Assembly: GCA_049999805.1 (NCBI GenBank)
Contig: JBNGIO010006255.1
Span: 341,821 to 405,820 of the forward strand
DNA: 64,000 nucleotides
Reading direction: 5' to 3'
Source: Folioceros fuciformis
Lineage: Eukaryota
The notes beneath the pieces are model-generated. The model did no database searches, had not been told where the DNA came from, and saw only the letters and a program-made list of their open reading frames with translations. Made by a program: the position numbers and the translations under genes. Shown in pieces: positions 27,921 through 40,417 of this stretch; within the stretch, counting starts at the first letter, position 1, and each line of letters begins with the position of its first letter.

Positions 27921-30900
27921 ATGGGAAAGCAGAGGAGCATTCAGTCCTTCTTTACGTTGAAGCATGCGGGAGCGGGGAGTGCCGCAGCGAAGCGGCCACG
28001 CGTAGATGAGGACGAGCCTGAAGGCGGCAGAGAGTTCAAGGCCGCATTGTTGGACTCGGGAAATGTAGAGAACGCACAGGCCATGTCTGTTGTCGCTGCT
28101 CCCGGCGAGAACGTCTCGCTTGGGGATGTCCAGCCTGCTGCCACTTGCACCGGTCGGAGGACGGGGAGGCGCGTCTCGGCCTTGCGGGCAGCTGCATGCC
28201 TGGCACAGATAGATGTTGAAGTTGTCCCTAATTGTTCCACACTTGGTGAAGGGCTGTCCAGTAGTGTCAGTGCACGTGATGGGGCTCCGCAGCTGAGAAT
28301 GGGAATTCAAGGCGTGGATGCGGAAACTATGTCTCCTAAACGGAGGAAGATTGTTGAAGCATCGCAGAAGCCAGGATTGCCGCCGGTGCCAAAGGTTCCG
28401 CGTTTTTTGGGTTTCGTTTGCAGTCGCTGGCAAGGCGTCATGTCCCCCTCGGCATTCGGCGTTATGCTCAAACTCCACCTTGTATCGTTTGCCAGGAATC
28501 CCCTCCCGCGAGTAGTTGCGGCGAAGCCCGTCGTAATGTGCTTCCCTCGTGTTCAGGTATGAATGCTTGTGTTTTTGTCCAGTATTAGGTGTGTCCATCG
28601 ACCCTCAAGTCAGTTTCTGTGAGTCAAGCGGTTTCCCCTCATGTTTCTCTTTCGACTGGGTGCAGAGAAGGTTCCTCGTGCGGAGCTTTCTGTAAGCCTT
28701 CAGGGTGATATTGCTGACCGGTTCGCTGGCCGTGAAGTGGAGAAGTTTCAGTTCCTTGGGAAGTAAGATCTAGACACTGAAGAGTGTATGAAAGCATTTT
28801 GTTGCAATCTTCCCGCTTCCGCACCTGATTGCGACCATCTCATGTCAGTTCTAGGCGGGATGCCGCTGGGAGGAAACCCGATCATCCGGCCTATGATCCC
28901 AGGACTCTACTGCTACCTCCTCAATTTCTCAAAGGGCTTCCTGCTGGTCAGGTAAATCTGGATTGCTACGTAGAAATTGAAATCTTGACGGCTCAGCCTG
29001 CATTTCTATACGTGAAGTTGCTGCTGCTAAACTGCATGTGCCTTTCAGCGCCAATGGTGGGAGATCAAGAGCATGCACATGGACAAGGTGCTTCTATTCA
29101 AGGTATCCTTCGTGGGAATGATCAGCATGCGATTTCGTCAAACTCTACCGTATTCCATTGCATGTATCTCCAGTCCTGGTGTGAAAGTGATGCGAATGTT
29201 CCCTCCTCCGTGACTTCTGTGATACAACTGTCACAGATGGGAAAATTTTATGAAATGTTTGAGGTTGACGCTCACATCGGAGCACAAGAACTTGATTTAC
29301 AATACATGAAGGTCTGCAGTCAAATCATTTTTCCAATCCTTATGGCATACACGTATCCTCCTTGCGTTGGTAGGATTGTTGGTGACAGTAAGTCCTCTCC
29401 AGAGGGATGATCTCACTGTTGTTGCTGACATGATTCATTCAGGGAGAACAACCCCATTGTGGTTTCCCAGAGAGGAATTACTTGGAGAATGTGACGAAAC
29501 TGGCACAGAAGGTGTGGTTTGGTTTTTGACCAATTGGCCTGTTTACTTCACCTGCTTAAACCTTTCTATATGATTTCTGCGTGGTGGTGTCTCTGGGTGT
29601 AGCTTTACCTTCATCGTTTTGTTGGCATGAATTGTAGGGCTACCGTGTTGTAGTTGTCGAACAAACAGAAACACCCGATCAGTTGGAACAGCGTAGGAAG
29701 GTGACAGGTGCTAAAGATAAGGTATGTGGGCCAAGTGTAGCATGTCACTTGTACCTGATCCTGCTTCAATTTGTGTTTCACCTCCTAAGCACCCATTTGG
29801 GATCTGGAACTGACCTGTACGCCGAGGTGTAACTTGGGATATCCCAGATTCGTGTGTTTCGTCTAGGTCTCCTCTTGAGACCCTGCAATAGACATCTTGG
29901 TGATCTCATGGAACTGAGCCAATGGTGTAGGTTGTTCGGCGAGAAATATGTGCCATAATCACCAAAGGAACCATGACAGAATCGTCAACTGTGTTGGAGA
30001 CATCTTATCTCATGAGTATCACGGAAAGCTCCTTAGAGTCTAACAATTCCAACATTGGAGTTTGTGTTGTGGACACTGCAACTGGTCGATTCCTGCTTGG
30101 CCAGGCAAGACTGTGACTCATCTCTATCATTTCCCCTGTTCACTGATCTTTTTGTGCATACCATTCATCACCTAATGCTTTGCGTGATAACAGTTTGCAG
30201 ACGATGAGACAAGGACACAGCTGAAATCACTTCTTGCAGACTTAAGGCCTGTTGAGCTGGTTAAACCTCATGGATTGCTTTCTGAAGCAACTGAGAGAGC
30301 TCTACGTGACCACACACGGAAACCTCTTATAAGTCTGTTGGTGCCCGGAACTGAGTTCTGGGATGCCAAGACGTGTGTACATAATCTAGTCTCAAAGTAT
30401 TCAGACATCTGGCAATCTAGGAAGGGAAACTGTGGTTCACCTAACATAGCTAGTGAAAATCTCCCAAGGAAGTATGCAGACATTGGCGTTTGTACAGACA
30501 GTCTGCAAGCTTTGCCCGATGTGCTGCTCCACCTGGTAACTTCTGGGACGGGTGGAGAAGCTGCTGTATCAGCTCTTGGGGGATGCTGCTTTTATTTGCA
30601 GCAGGCTCTGCTCGACAAGTATTTGTTAGCATCTGGACAGTTCAGTCTCCTTCCCTGTTCAGCGTTTAAAGGGTCTGGTATTGAGATGTCGGCACCTGAT
30701 ATGGCGCTTGATAGCGCTGCCCTAGACAGCCTTGAGCTCCTGGAGAACAGTTTAGACAGAGGCACATCAGGGTATGTTGTATGCCCATGTCATGTTTCAT
30801 AGAGATGGTTCTCCTGTGCCGCACTGGTCGGTTTTCTGCTGGGCATCTGTCATTGACCACGTTGTCTTCAGCAGGAGTTTGCTTGCCCTGTTGGACCACT

Positions 30901-33765
30901 GTGTGACATCCATGGGCCATAGGCTGCTGCGACAATGGCTGCTTCGGCCTCTAGTGGACGCTGTTTCAATCAAACAAAGACAGGTTGCCATTTCTGATCT
31001 GAAGGTAATAGAAATGACCATTATGTCGCTGGCCTTCTCAGGCTTGCTTAACATGGCCATGCCATCAGCTGAATAGCACTTGAGGGGTCTGGTCTCTATC
31101 TGATACGAACCTCCTGTCGCAGGGCCCTGCTACTGAGGGAGTGGCCCACTTCAGAGCTTCGTTGATTGGCTCACCTGACATGGAGAGATTGCTGGCACAG
31201 ATCAACCGAACCAGGTAAAGGGTGCTTCCACTGTGTGTTGTCTTTAGGCGGGTACCAGCTAGCTAGCGAGTATAATCACATTTGCAAGCTGGCAATCTGC
31301 AGATCTGTGCATGTAGTGAACTCCCAGAATGTGGTTGTGTACGAAGATAAATCCAAGAGGGAAGTACAAATGTTTACTAAGGCACTTCGTAGCTGCCAGA
31401 CAATAATTGAAGCTGTGCTATCCTTTCAAAGCTGCCTCCAGAGTCTGACTTCCTCGAGACTTGCGTATCTGCTAACGCCAGGTAAAATGCTGATGCTGCA
31501 TAGTTTTGAATTGCAGATTTCTGCTCCCATAAACCTGTCCTTGAAGCATAGATAAAACTGGTATGCAGGCGCAGGAATTCCGGATATGTCGTCAACCATC
31601 ACAGATTTCAAGGCAGCGTTTGATTGGGATGATGCGGACAAATCTGGACGTATCATGCCAAATGAAGGTGTGAATGAAGGTTTTGATGCTGCTAATTCAA
31701 GGATCTCTGATGTTGAGAAGGAATTTGGGAATTATCTGAAGGAGGTGTGCAAGAAGCTTGGGACATCGTCTGAGGTAAGCCAGTGCCAGCCTTGTAGGCA
31801 GTGCAAGTTAAAAAAGTTCAAATGTTGACGACCGACGTGGTAAGCATGGGCTAATGTCGTCTCTCCTCCGAATAGATATCATATACCACAGTGGGAAAGG
31901 AGTCCTACCAAATTGAAATTCCCGCTCATTTACATTTGAAAGTGCCGTCAACATTTGAGGTCAGGTCGTCCAGAAAGGTAAAAGCTACTCTTCTAGTGGT
32001 GTGTGGAAGCTGAGATATGTGTCTGCATGGGTTGCTAACAGCCTCTTCGCATTTGTTTTGATGGAAATGGAAATCAGGGGTTTCAACGGTACTGGACTCC
32101 CAGGATCAAGGAGCTACTAGTTGAACTTGCTGCTGCACGTGAGGAGCGTGAGGTAGCAATGAGTGGAATACTCGGAAGCCTAGTCAGTCAGTTCTTTGAG
32201 GCTCGTGATAAGTGGGAAGCCGTGCTGCAGGGAGTAGCAGGTATAGCCGTTTGTGATGCATTGAAGGTGACTAGTGTCAAGTCAAGGAACAGTCAGATTC
32301 TTAACTTTTGGACAGACATTGCATCCCATCTCGTCTGACTCATTTCTGTATCACTGAATGTCCGCAGAGCTGGATGCTCTAATAAGCCTCTCTGTCGCAA
32401 GCGACCACATGGAGAAACCTGTATGTACGCCAACTATTTTGTCAAGCAACGTCACCCCTGTATTCAAAGCACGAGGTTTGCGACATCCTACTCTGGGGGC
32501 TAATAAAACAGGATGTAGACCATTTGTACCAAATGATGTGGTCCTTGGGGGTGATAAGGCTATGTTTATGGTTCTCACTGGTCCTAATATGGGTGGAAAG
32601 TCAACTCTTCTCCGAGAAGTCTGTTTGACGGTTATAATGGCACAGGTAGCCTTCCTACTCTGGATCACGGGTATGTTATCAGTTGACAACCTGCCTGTCT
32701 TCCTGACGTTTACACTTTTCTGTGCAGGTGGGGGCAGATGTTCCAGCGAAGTCATTTGAACTTTCACCAGTTGACCAAATATTTGTCCGCATGGGTGCAT
32801 CCGATAACATCATGGCTGGGCAAAGCACTTTTCTCGTGGAGCTCCTGGAGACTGCCTCTATGCTGGTGACGATTTGTTTTCTCCTGTCCACGTTTTGTTC
32901 GACGAATTTTATGAATGACCTGAGCCATAGTTGCTCTGGTATGCGCAGAAAAGTGCAACAAGGAATTCCTTGGTTGCATTGGATGAAGTAGGCCGTGGCA
33001 CCTCAACTGCTGATGGTCAAGCTATTGCGTAAGTGGCTACCTGCGTGTTATTTATCTTGCCTCTCTGCTTGTGCGTTTTCGTTCCCCTCATTTTAAATGT
33101 TGTTGGCTGCCGGTAACTTGGTTGATTCTTTTTCAGGCACGCAGTGTTGCAACACCTAGCACATGGAACAGGCTGCAGAGGCATGTTTTCGACTCATTAT
33201 CATCGGCTTGCGTTCGACCATGCCAACGACCCTATGGTAAGTTGGATATAAGGACGTTGTGGTCGTCATTTTCATCCCGATCTGCATTACAAGCGTGGTG
33301 CGCCTGTCTGCAAACAGGTCGGCCTGTATCATATGGCTTGTAAAGTTGGAACCGACATTGGTGGACCGGAGGAGGTGACGTTTCTCTATAAGCTCGCCGC
33401 GGGGGCTTGTCCTCGAAGCTACGGCGTGAATGTCGCAAGGCTGGCAGGTAACATGCGTCGCGAATATACCTGGCCTTGCATCCAAGTATCCACACTTTGC
33501 CTAGCATCCCACTACTCACGACTCAATCATTGCAGGACTACCGGCAAGCGTTCTGAGCCGAGCAAGTACTTGCTCGACTGAAGCGGAGAATGAAGGTGCA
33601 GATGACGTGCCTGATATCGTGCAACACATGACTGTCGGCGATTGTCTATGGAGGGAATTATTAGCCATCCTACAGCAAGTATCACATGGATCGTTGAGCT
33701 TTGAGAGGACTTTACACCTGTGGGAGCGGGCGCGGACGATGGAATTCAGGGCAGTAGTAGACTAG
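27921..33765 (+). CDS. MSH6: DNA mismatch repair protein MSH6 (MutS-alpha subunit), about 20 exons
   Basis: PIP box [62 protein letters not shown] (Walker A), [27 protein letters not shown]; stop TAG 33763-33765. Confidence 0.94.
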
Positions 33766-34271
33766 AATTTATTTTTTGAAGAGGCCCGTACTCATGCTCA
33801 TTTCGTTTTCACTGTCGGCAACCAGTCAGTGTGTGTACGTACTCAGATACTCACGGACGTGCGGCAACTGTCTGGACGCGCAGAAGTGAGAGGTATTGAG
33901 AGTTGGTAAGGGGTGTGTGCATTCCACTCAAGTGTAGCTCAGCTACTTGCAGCCAACAACCCTCTGTCAACGAAGTACAAGCTTTACTACAGAGTGACAG
34001 TGGGAAATCCACGCATGGTACAAGTAAGCCGATTTACATTGTATACGACGGACAGCAATCAAGTACGTGCACTGGGCCTGCGAAACTCCCCTGCCCAGCC
34101 TCGCCATTTCTCCCCTCCCCTCCCCTCCCCTCCCCATAATGCAGGAGCTGCAGGACGTTGTTGATGAAACGTTACATCCCCGACAGCAAAAGGCATGACA
34201 GGAGGGCACGGAGTGCAGAACGGATGAAGCTCCCTTACCGGTGTCACATGAGGAGCGTGTGAAGGCCCCAC

Positions 34272-34388
34272 TCACTTGCCATGGTGGGGATGGTGCGGGG
34301 GATGAGGCTCCGGGTGAGGATGAGGCTTGGGGTGCGGCTCCGGATGGGGGTGATTGTACATCACCAGCGACAAGCTTGCGGACGCCAT
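34272..34388 (-). CDS. 38-aa His/Pro-rich micropeptide (HP1)
   Basis: MASASLSLVMYNHPHPEPHPKPHPHPEPHPPHHPHHGK*; ATG context caATGG; TATAAA on the - strand at 34494-34499. Confidence 0.55.
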   Translation of the reverse strand: MASASLSLVMYNHPHPEPHPKPHPHPEPHPPHHPHHGK

Positions 34389-35074
34389 TGAGTGAAGCAC
34401 AGTGCTCTGCTCACTACAAGAGAAGCTAGAACACAACAAAGCTGCGAGGAGGCGCAAGATGAAACTGACAAGCGAGGTAGCAAGATCTTGCGCTTTATAG
34501 CCGGTGCCTGCGCCGGTATAGGTGCCGGTGACGGTGCCCCTGCACCTGCCCCTAACCCTGGTCCCCTGCCCTGCCCTGCCGCGTCGTCAAAGATCTGGAG
34601 GCATCTTTGGAGGATTGATGAATGGGCAGCGTGGGTGGCTCTCGCACCAAGGGAGCAGACGTGCGTCTTTGTGGCTGCCTTTCCACCTACTCGCCATTGG
34701 ATGGGCTGCGACCTCGAGGCCCACCAGCAAAACACGACGGAAAGCAGGATTGTTTGTGTGGTGTCTCGGGCCTCGTCTCTGTCTCCTGGAGATTCTACAC
34801 CATACACATCCATTCGTACACAGGGACATTCATGTGTGCGTCATCGCAAGATGACAGACACGATTATCGCCGTTGTCGGCAAACCGTCCTTTGCTTTCAT
34901 TAAGCTGTTTCCCTCCCATACACGGGATCCGTGCCCCGGCCACTTGCCGGTTGCCGGGAAGCCCGTGACCATTTCGCCGCTTCCGTCGGTGGCCCAGACA
35001 CTGCCACTGCCCCAGGTGCTCTGAATATAACCACCCACCGCAACCCCGCATCCTCCTGCAGGGCCCCACCTACA

Positions 35075-35131
35075 ATGGCATATCCCACCATCTACTTCCA
35101 GTCTGGTTACCCTGGGGGGCCTGGTCCTTAA
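35075..35131 (+). CDS. 18-codon small ORF or uORF (MAYPTIYFQSGYPGGPGP)
   Basis: acaATGGCA context about 45 bp downstream of ATATAA at 35025-35030. Confidence 0.3.
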   Translation: MAYPTIYFQSGYPGGPGP

Positions 35132-35374
35132 CGTAACTTAACGTGAAGTGTGGAGTAACCCGTCACACGGTCCCTGATGACTAGTTTCCCACCCGGACAC
35201 GCAACGTAGGCAGTAGGGACACGCGTCACCGGCTTAGTCAGTACATACTGTCATTGTACGCGCCAGCTCGCGGCCATCAATCTTCACCTTCGCTGCCATC
35301 CGACTCACGACGCAGTCATTGTGACTCCTGTAGATTGTGAGCTCTCGCGCCTCCTGTTCCCGCCTTCTTCAACA

Positions 35375-35641
35375 ATGTGTCTGCCATGCTTCGGATGGGG
35401 AGGTGCCCGCCCTCACGGTGCTCCACACCATCCGCCTCCGCNNNNNNNNNNNNNNNNNNNNNNNNNNNNNNNNNNNNNNNNNNNNNNNNNNNNNNNNNNN
35501 NNNNNNNNNNNNNNNNNNNNNNNNNNNNNNNNNNNNNNNNNATGGGGAGGTGCCCGCCCTCACGGTGCTCCACACCATCCGCCTCCGCACCATCCGCATG
35601 GTGGCGGGCACGGCCACGGCGGCCCGCACCATGGCCGCTAA
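35375..35641 (+). CDS. His/Pro/Gly-rich micropeptide (HP2), 39 aa once the artefactual gap is collapsed
   Basis: aacaATG context; MCLPCFGWGGARPHGAPHHPPPHHPHGGGHGHGGPHHGR*. Confidence 0.55.
   Translation: MCLPCFGWGGARPHGAPHHPPPXXXXXXXXXXXXXXXXXXXXXXXXXXXXXXXXXXWGGARPHGAPHHPPPHHPHGGGHGHGGPHHGR
35442..35541. other. 100-N scaffold gap with a 47-bp duplicated flank
   Basis: 35395-35441 is identical to 35542-35588. Confidence 0.95.
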
Positions 35642-36511
35642 GCGTCGCTTGAGCTCATGGCGACGCTCCATTGTGCCTGCTGCAGGTGTGTTTCCTGTGT
35701 CGCCTCGCTGTCCCCGCTTCCTTTTTACTGATCCTGCATTGCCCGTCATTGGAAACCCTGAAGTGGTATGGTTGCCGGATTTCTGATCGCTTCTGTCCCT
35801 CTCGTGCTCACAGATTTTCCTGTTGTGCCTGTGCTGCAGCTGTGAATCTGTCTCGTGGTGGCTGAAGGGCCTCGATTGGCAGGGTCTCTTTGATCCAATG
35901 CGTCACACTCTTTTGGCTGGTCATTTTGCGCATGAAGACCAAGCTTCCCGTGTGTGGAAGCAAACCTAGGGTCTAGTTTGTCGGATGAACACAGCGCAGA
36001 ATAACAATGCCTCGTTGTCAGGGTCACGTGTTCGAGAGTTCTGTTTCCATAGGCGGCAGCTATCTAGCTATGGATACTCTACAATCCTGTGAGACTATCA
36101 GGTTCTAGTACATGTTTCAGGGTTTTGGTGACTCCGTAGGTGTAGTCTTCAATTCTATTCACGAGCATGTGTAAGTATTTCCTTCATAAACACATTTTGA
36201 ATACTTTAGTGCCTTAGCGTCGAAGGGTAAATTTCTATACCGCTACGAGGCACGCATAAACCGCGCTTCTACAGTCGTTTTCAATTAGTGTATCAGCATG
36301 CAGGGCTCTTCGACCGTTGTTTCTAATTATTATATCAATATGCAAGGAAACGTCAAATTGGAATTGTGCAAATGGACATTGTCTGGAAGGTAATTTTGTT
36401 GCAGTTGTACGTTTTTAATGAAATTGTCTTACTGTCTTCGTCGTGTGCACATTTGCGTAAATTTTTCTAAGATTCAACGGGGACAGAAGACGTTGTCAGT
36501 GTATAGCAAAA

Positions 36512-36585
36512 TGTCTGAACCCAGGTTCGAACTGGGGACCTCTAGTGTGTGAGACTAGCGTGATGACCAACTACACCATCCAGAC
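36512..36585 (-). tRNA. trnV-CAC: tRNA-Val(CAC)
   Basis: GTCTGGATGGTGTAGTTGGTCATCACGCTAGTCTCACACACTAGAGGTCCCCAGTTCGAACCTGGGTTCAGACA: anticodon arm CTAGT-CT CAC AC-ACTAG, GTTCGAA T-loop, followed by a TTTT Pol III terminator. Confidence 0.97.
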
Positions 36586-37067
36586 ATATGTGCACATACG
36601 TTACAGTCAGCTATATTTAAACTACATATTCTGTCCCATACTCCTCATCGGAAAAAATGTTCATCGTTAATGTATTTGAGTTCTCTAATGTGCATATATA
36701 TTCAAGAAAATTGCACAACACAAACCTTTTGTCATTTCCGTATACGACAATTCCCAGCCGGAAAGCTAACGAGATATCGAACATCACATTTCCATATATC
36801 TATGCCACGCTACTCGTCCAAACTAGCCTCCCACAGTCCTTCCACGAGTTCATATTCAGTGTGCCTATTTACAACCACATGCGACATCTTCAACACTCCC
36901 CCCTCCTTCGCTACCAGAGATAGTAGTACGCATTCTGCAAATTCACAGCATCCAGGTTAGAACACTTCAAATATACAATTGCCTGCGGATACACACTGCA
37001 AGCTCCATCACAAACCAGGAAATTAGACAACCGACTTCCTACACGCTTACCAGAAAGTTCCCGCTTC

Positions 37068-37328
37068 TCAGGCCACTGAGCGGAACCGGCGTGAGGAGGA
37101 AGCCTGAGGAGCTGCCCGGTGGTGAGGGCCGTGGTGGTGCGCATGCGGGTGGTGGTGGTGCGGGTGAGGCCCGGGGTGGTGAGGCGCAGGGTGGTGAGGC
37201 ACCGGGTGCGTAGGCACCGGCACCACCACGACTGGCGGGTGGGGAGCCGGATGCGGGTGGTGAGGAGCCGGGTGATGGTTGTGGTGCGGATGGTTGCGCA
37301 CCACCGAGTCGCATCCTCTTGGAGCCAT
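37068..37328 (-). CDS. 86-aa His/Pro-rich small protein (HP3)
   Basis: MAPRGCDSVVRNHPHHNHHPAPHHPHPAPHPPVVVVPVPTHPVPHH...; aacATGG context; TATAAA on the - strand at 37577-37582; likely 5'UTR intron ending GTTGCAG near 37365. Confidence 0.6.
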   Translation of the reverse strand: MAPRGCDSVVRNHPHHNHHPAPHHPHPAPHPPVVVVPVPTHPVPHHPAPHHPGPHPHHHHPHAHHHGPHHRAAPQASSSRRFRSVA

Positions 37329-37794
37329 GTTGAACAGATGAGCTTCAATTGGAGACACTAGATCTGCAACCACCACCAACACCAGACAAGACACTCCTCT
37401 CAGAAAGGCAGTCCTTGGCGCTCACAGTTGCTCTCCACGAGAGGAGGACAAGATAGCCACACCACAACAGCTCATTTGCGGACCTACCGCAGAGCAGACA
37501 CCGGGCAAAGTAAGAACAACAGTTGCGTGAGGCCTCGAACAACGTTACTGCGTCTAGGAGGGATGACGAGTCCGACTTTATATCCGGGGAAAAGACGCGT
37601 GGCCAGGTGAGGCAAGGAGCGGACGAGGAAAGTGGTTAACAATCCCGTATCGGGAGCTGGTTTAGCGTGTCAAGGACGTTAGGGTAACCGGCACGTGGCA
37701 GCCAGGTGCCGGAACACCGACGATTTGAGCGGTGACAGGGTTATCACAAATAGCACATATGACGCAGCCTTTTTCATTAAATATTTACATTAAT

Positions 37795-40226
37795 CTAAGC
37801 GTACAAGTCGAGGCGAGCTTGCTGTAACACTCGTGTCACTCTCTGGAAATATTCCGGCTCGTTCTTTTCGATGTCGGTCAGAGGGGTGAGCGAGTGGTCC
37901 TCCGCCTGCCATTCCCCCCATAGTGAGGTTGCGCAGGACTGAAATACAATCGCCTACAGTTGTGAGAATCTAACCTCTTGGAACGTGAGCAGCACCAGGT
38001 TGGCAATGGAGGGAGCCTTGTTGATGTCCCATCTGCCGACGTCGAGGCAAGCATGAGAATTTGGGAAGAGAGCACCGTGGGATTGGGGCTTGAGAGGTGA
38101 GGAGTGGGACCTTGTGAGAGTTAGGTTGTTCATGGAGCGCCACATCCCTCGTCCAACCTTCCCTCTGGACTGATCTCGAGCACTGCGTCCTTGCCACAGT
38201 TCCCGGACGATGTACGCAACTTCCTCCCTGTCCACCTTCACGAAGGCACATGGGTGTTACTTGAAATGAAGGAATGGGAGATGATGACGCATTGAGAAGG
38301 TGGACAGGGTGGGGTGCTGGAGCATACCTCTACGGCTGCTGCAGTTCCGAAGCATTCCTCCTCACGCTCGATGAGCCGCTGGTGCAGAGCGGCATAGTGA
38401 TCTTTATCGAGGTTCAGGACGGGTTCTGGCTGCACTGGCATGCCTGCGATCTGTGTGGCAACGTGCGAGGCCATGACCTGGCCAAATATAGCTGGAATGG
38501 TGCCAAGCACGGGTATGATCCGCACTCTGAAGCCTGGAACAACCTGATGACCGAAACAAGTTCGTGTTACGTTGAAGGGTTGAGGCACCCTGGCTGTGCG
38601 ACGTCTATTGAGCTTCAGAGTGAGGCTTACTTGATAGTCCAAGGGGTTTGCATCGTCTCCATTCGGAGCTTCGAATGGTAGCAGCTTTGCCTTCGGGCGT
38701 TCAGTCGAGAACACAACTGGCAGTCCTCCGTCTATGCCGTGCTCCCTTCTCAGCCTGTGCCTTACCTGCATGAGATGAAACATGCTCCCACAAGGTTACG
38801 ACGTCTACTCGTGCTTAGAAGTCCCTTCAACGACACACTCGGATTCCACGTACTGAGCGAGCCAGAGGATCAATTGATGACTCGTATAAGTCTGCCACCC
38901 GTATCCTAGTGGGATCTGCACGTGCACCAGCACCAGTAGCAGACACAACCTTCAGACCTCGATTCACGCATGCTGCCATCAGAAGCACCTGCAAAAAATA
39001 GGGTTCTTACGTGAGACGAGGTGTTTGGTCACGCACCAGTGCCTCCGGCATGAGGATGAGGAGTCCGCAGACCGCAAGCAAGGTCGATGAACATGGCCAA
39101 TGCAATGCACTCCAGAACAGAAGAAGCGTATCTCTCCACCACAGTTGTAGGGATGATGGCAAGGTACCTTCACCACAGCACATGGCCGGTCACGAGACAG
39201 GGACTCACCTTGGTGTGGATGTTGTCGATGCAGTCAAGCACAAAATCTGGTGAGCCTGAAAGAATCTCTTCTGCAGACGATGCATCAAACATCTGAACCT
39301 TGGCCTCCACTTCACACTCAGGAAAGATGTTGTGGAAGTGGTTCTTCAAGCAGATTGCCTTGGGCAACCCAACATCACCCCTGGTTGCCACTGCATGACG
39401 ATTGAGAGACGACAGGGACACCTGTCGGAAACCAGAAGCGTCACAGAAGAGCTTCCACAAACCCGACAGCATCAACTAGCACACACGCCGTTCTACAACG
39501 ACGAGGCTCTGCCATACCTGATCAAAATCTACCACCCGCATTTTTCCCACCCCTGATCGCAGGAGCATAGCAGCTGCATGGCTGCCCACGCCACCGAGTC
39601 CCACGACTACAACAAAGGAGCTATGAATTCTCAGTTGCCCTTCAGAACCAAAAAACTGCGTATTCCTGCACTAACCATCAACCGTGAAGAAACATCCATG
39701 GTACCCCAAACAACCACAGTTGGTTCAGACTCACAGCGAGCCTGACCAGAAACACATCAGTTCACATGTCCGTTGCCTACGGATAGAGACCTTGTGAAAT
39801 GTTCTGCCGTGATCTCGTCCTGCAAAAGATCCACTGAGGTGGCCTTGTTCATGACAGACGGTTTCACGTCCTCTCCCTGAAATCCAACTGCCATTCCAAA
39901 AAAACACAAGATCAGTGGACAACTAACTTCCAGACGTCTTTCCCTTAGCAATATGTCAGTCCGTCTGCCATACTCACAGGCCCTTGGAGACTCATCACCT
40001 CCACTCTTGTCAAACCTGTTGCAACAACATCCCAAGCCAGAGTTAGAAACCAAACTTGAAACTTGCTCGAACACATTACCACCAGCTGGGCTGTCCCAGT
40101 GCTCAAAGCCCTAGTAGCTTTGGAATACCTGGGCTTGTGGGAACTAAACTTGAGCACAGCGACCGTGACACAGGTGCCCAATAGGGCGCCCGCCCCAAAC
40201 ACAAGGAAATAGGTGGACCCCGGCAT
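37795..40226 (-). CDS. ThiF/E1-like tRNA threonylcarbamoyladenosine dehydratase (TcdA/TCD1-2 family) with N-terminal TM anchor
   Basis: VVVVGLGGVGSHAA, QVSLSSLNRHAVAT, FVLDCIDNI, GAGARADPTR, LPVVFSTE, PGFRVRIIPVLGTIPAIFG; ends ...QARLDLYA*. Confidence 0.9.
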
Positions 40227-40417
40227 CCTCGATTTGAGCCGCCACAAGATAGGAGTCCTTCTGGCCCTGGGGATATGCAGAGATCAGCGACCAACGGTCA
40301 GGACTTCGCTGCATGGCCCATGTACACTTCACGTGACCATGACCCGCCGGCTTCCCTGTTGGCCAGTCCTACTCCTAGAGGATCGCATGTCAGGAACAGA
40401 GTCTGTGTATGGTCTGC

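Noticed and set aside
27666-28598. 310-aa - strand ORF
   Set aside because: Antisense to MSH6 exon 1; no motif
36512-40226. tRNA gene next to a tRNA-modifying enzyme gene
   Set aside because: TcdA acts on t6A37 of ANN-decoding tRNAs; tRNA-Val(CAC) is not such a substrate
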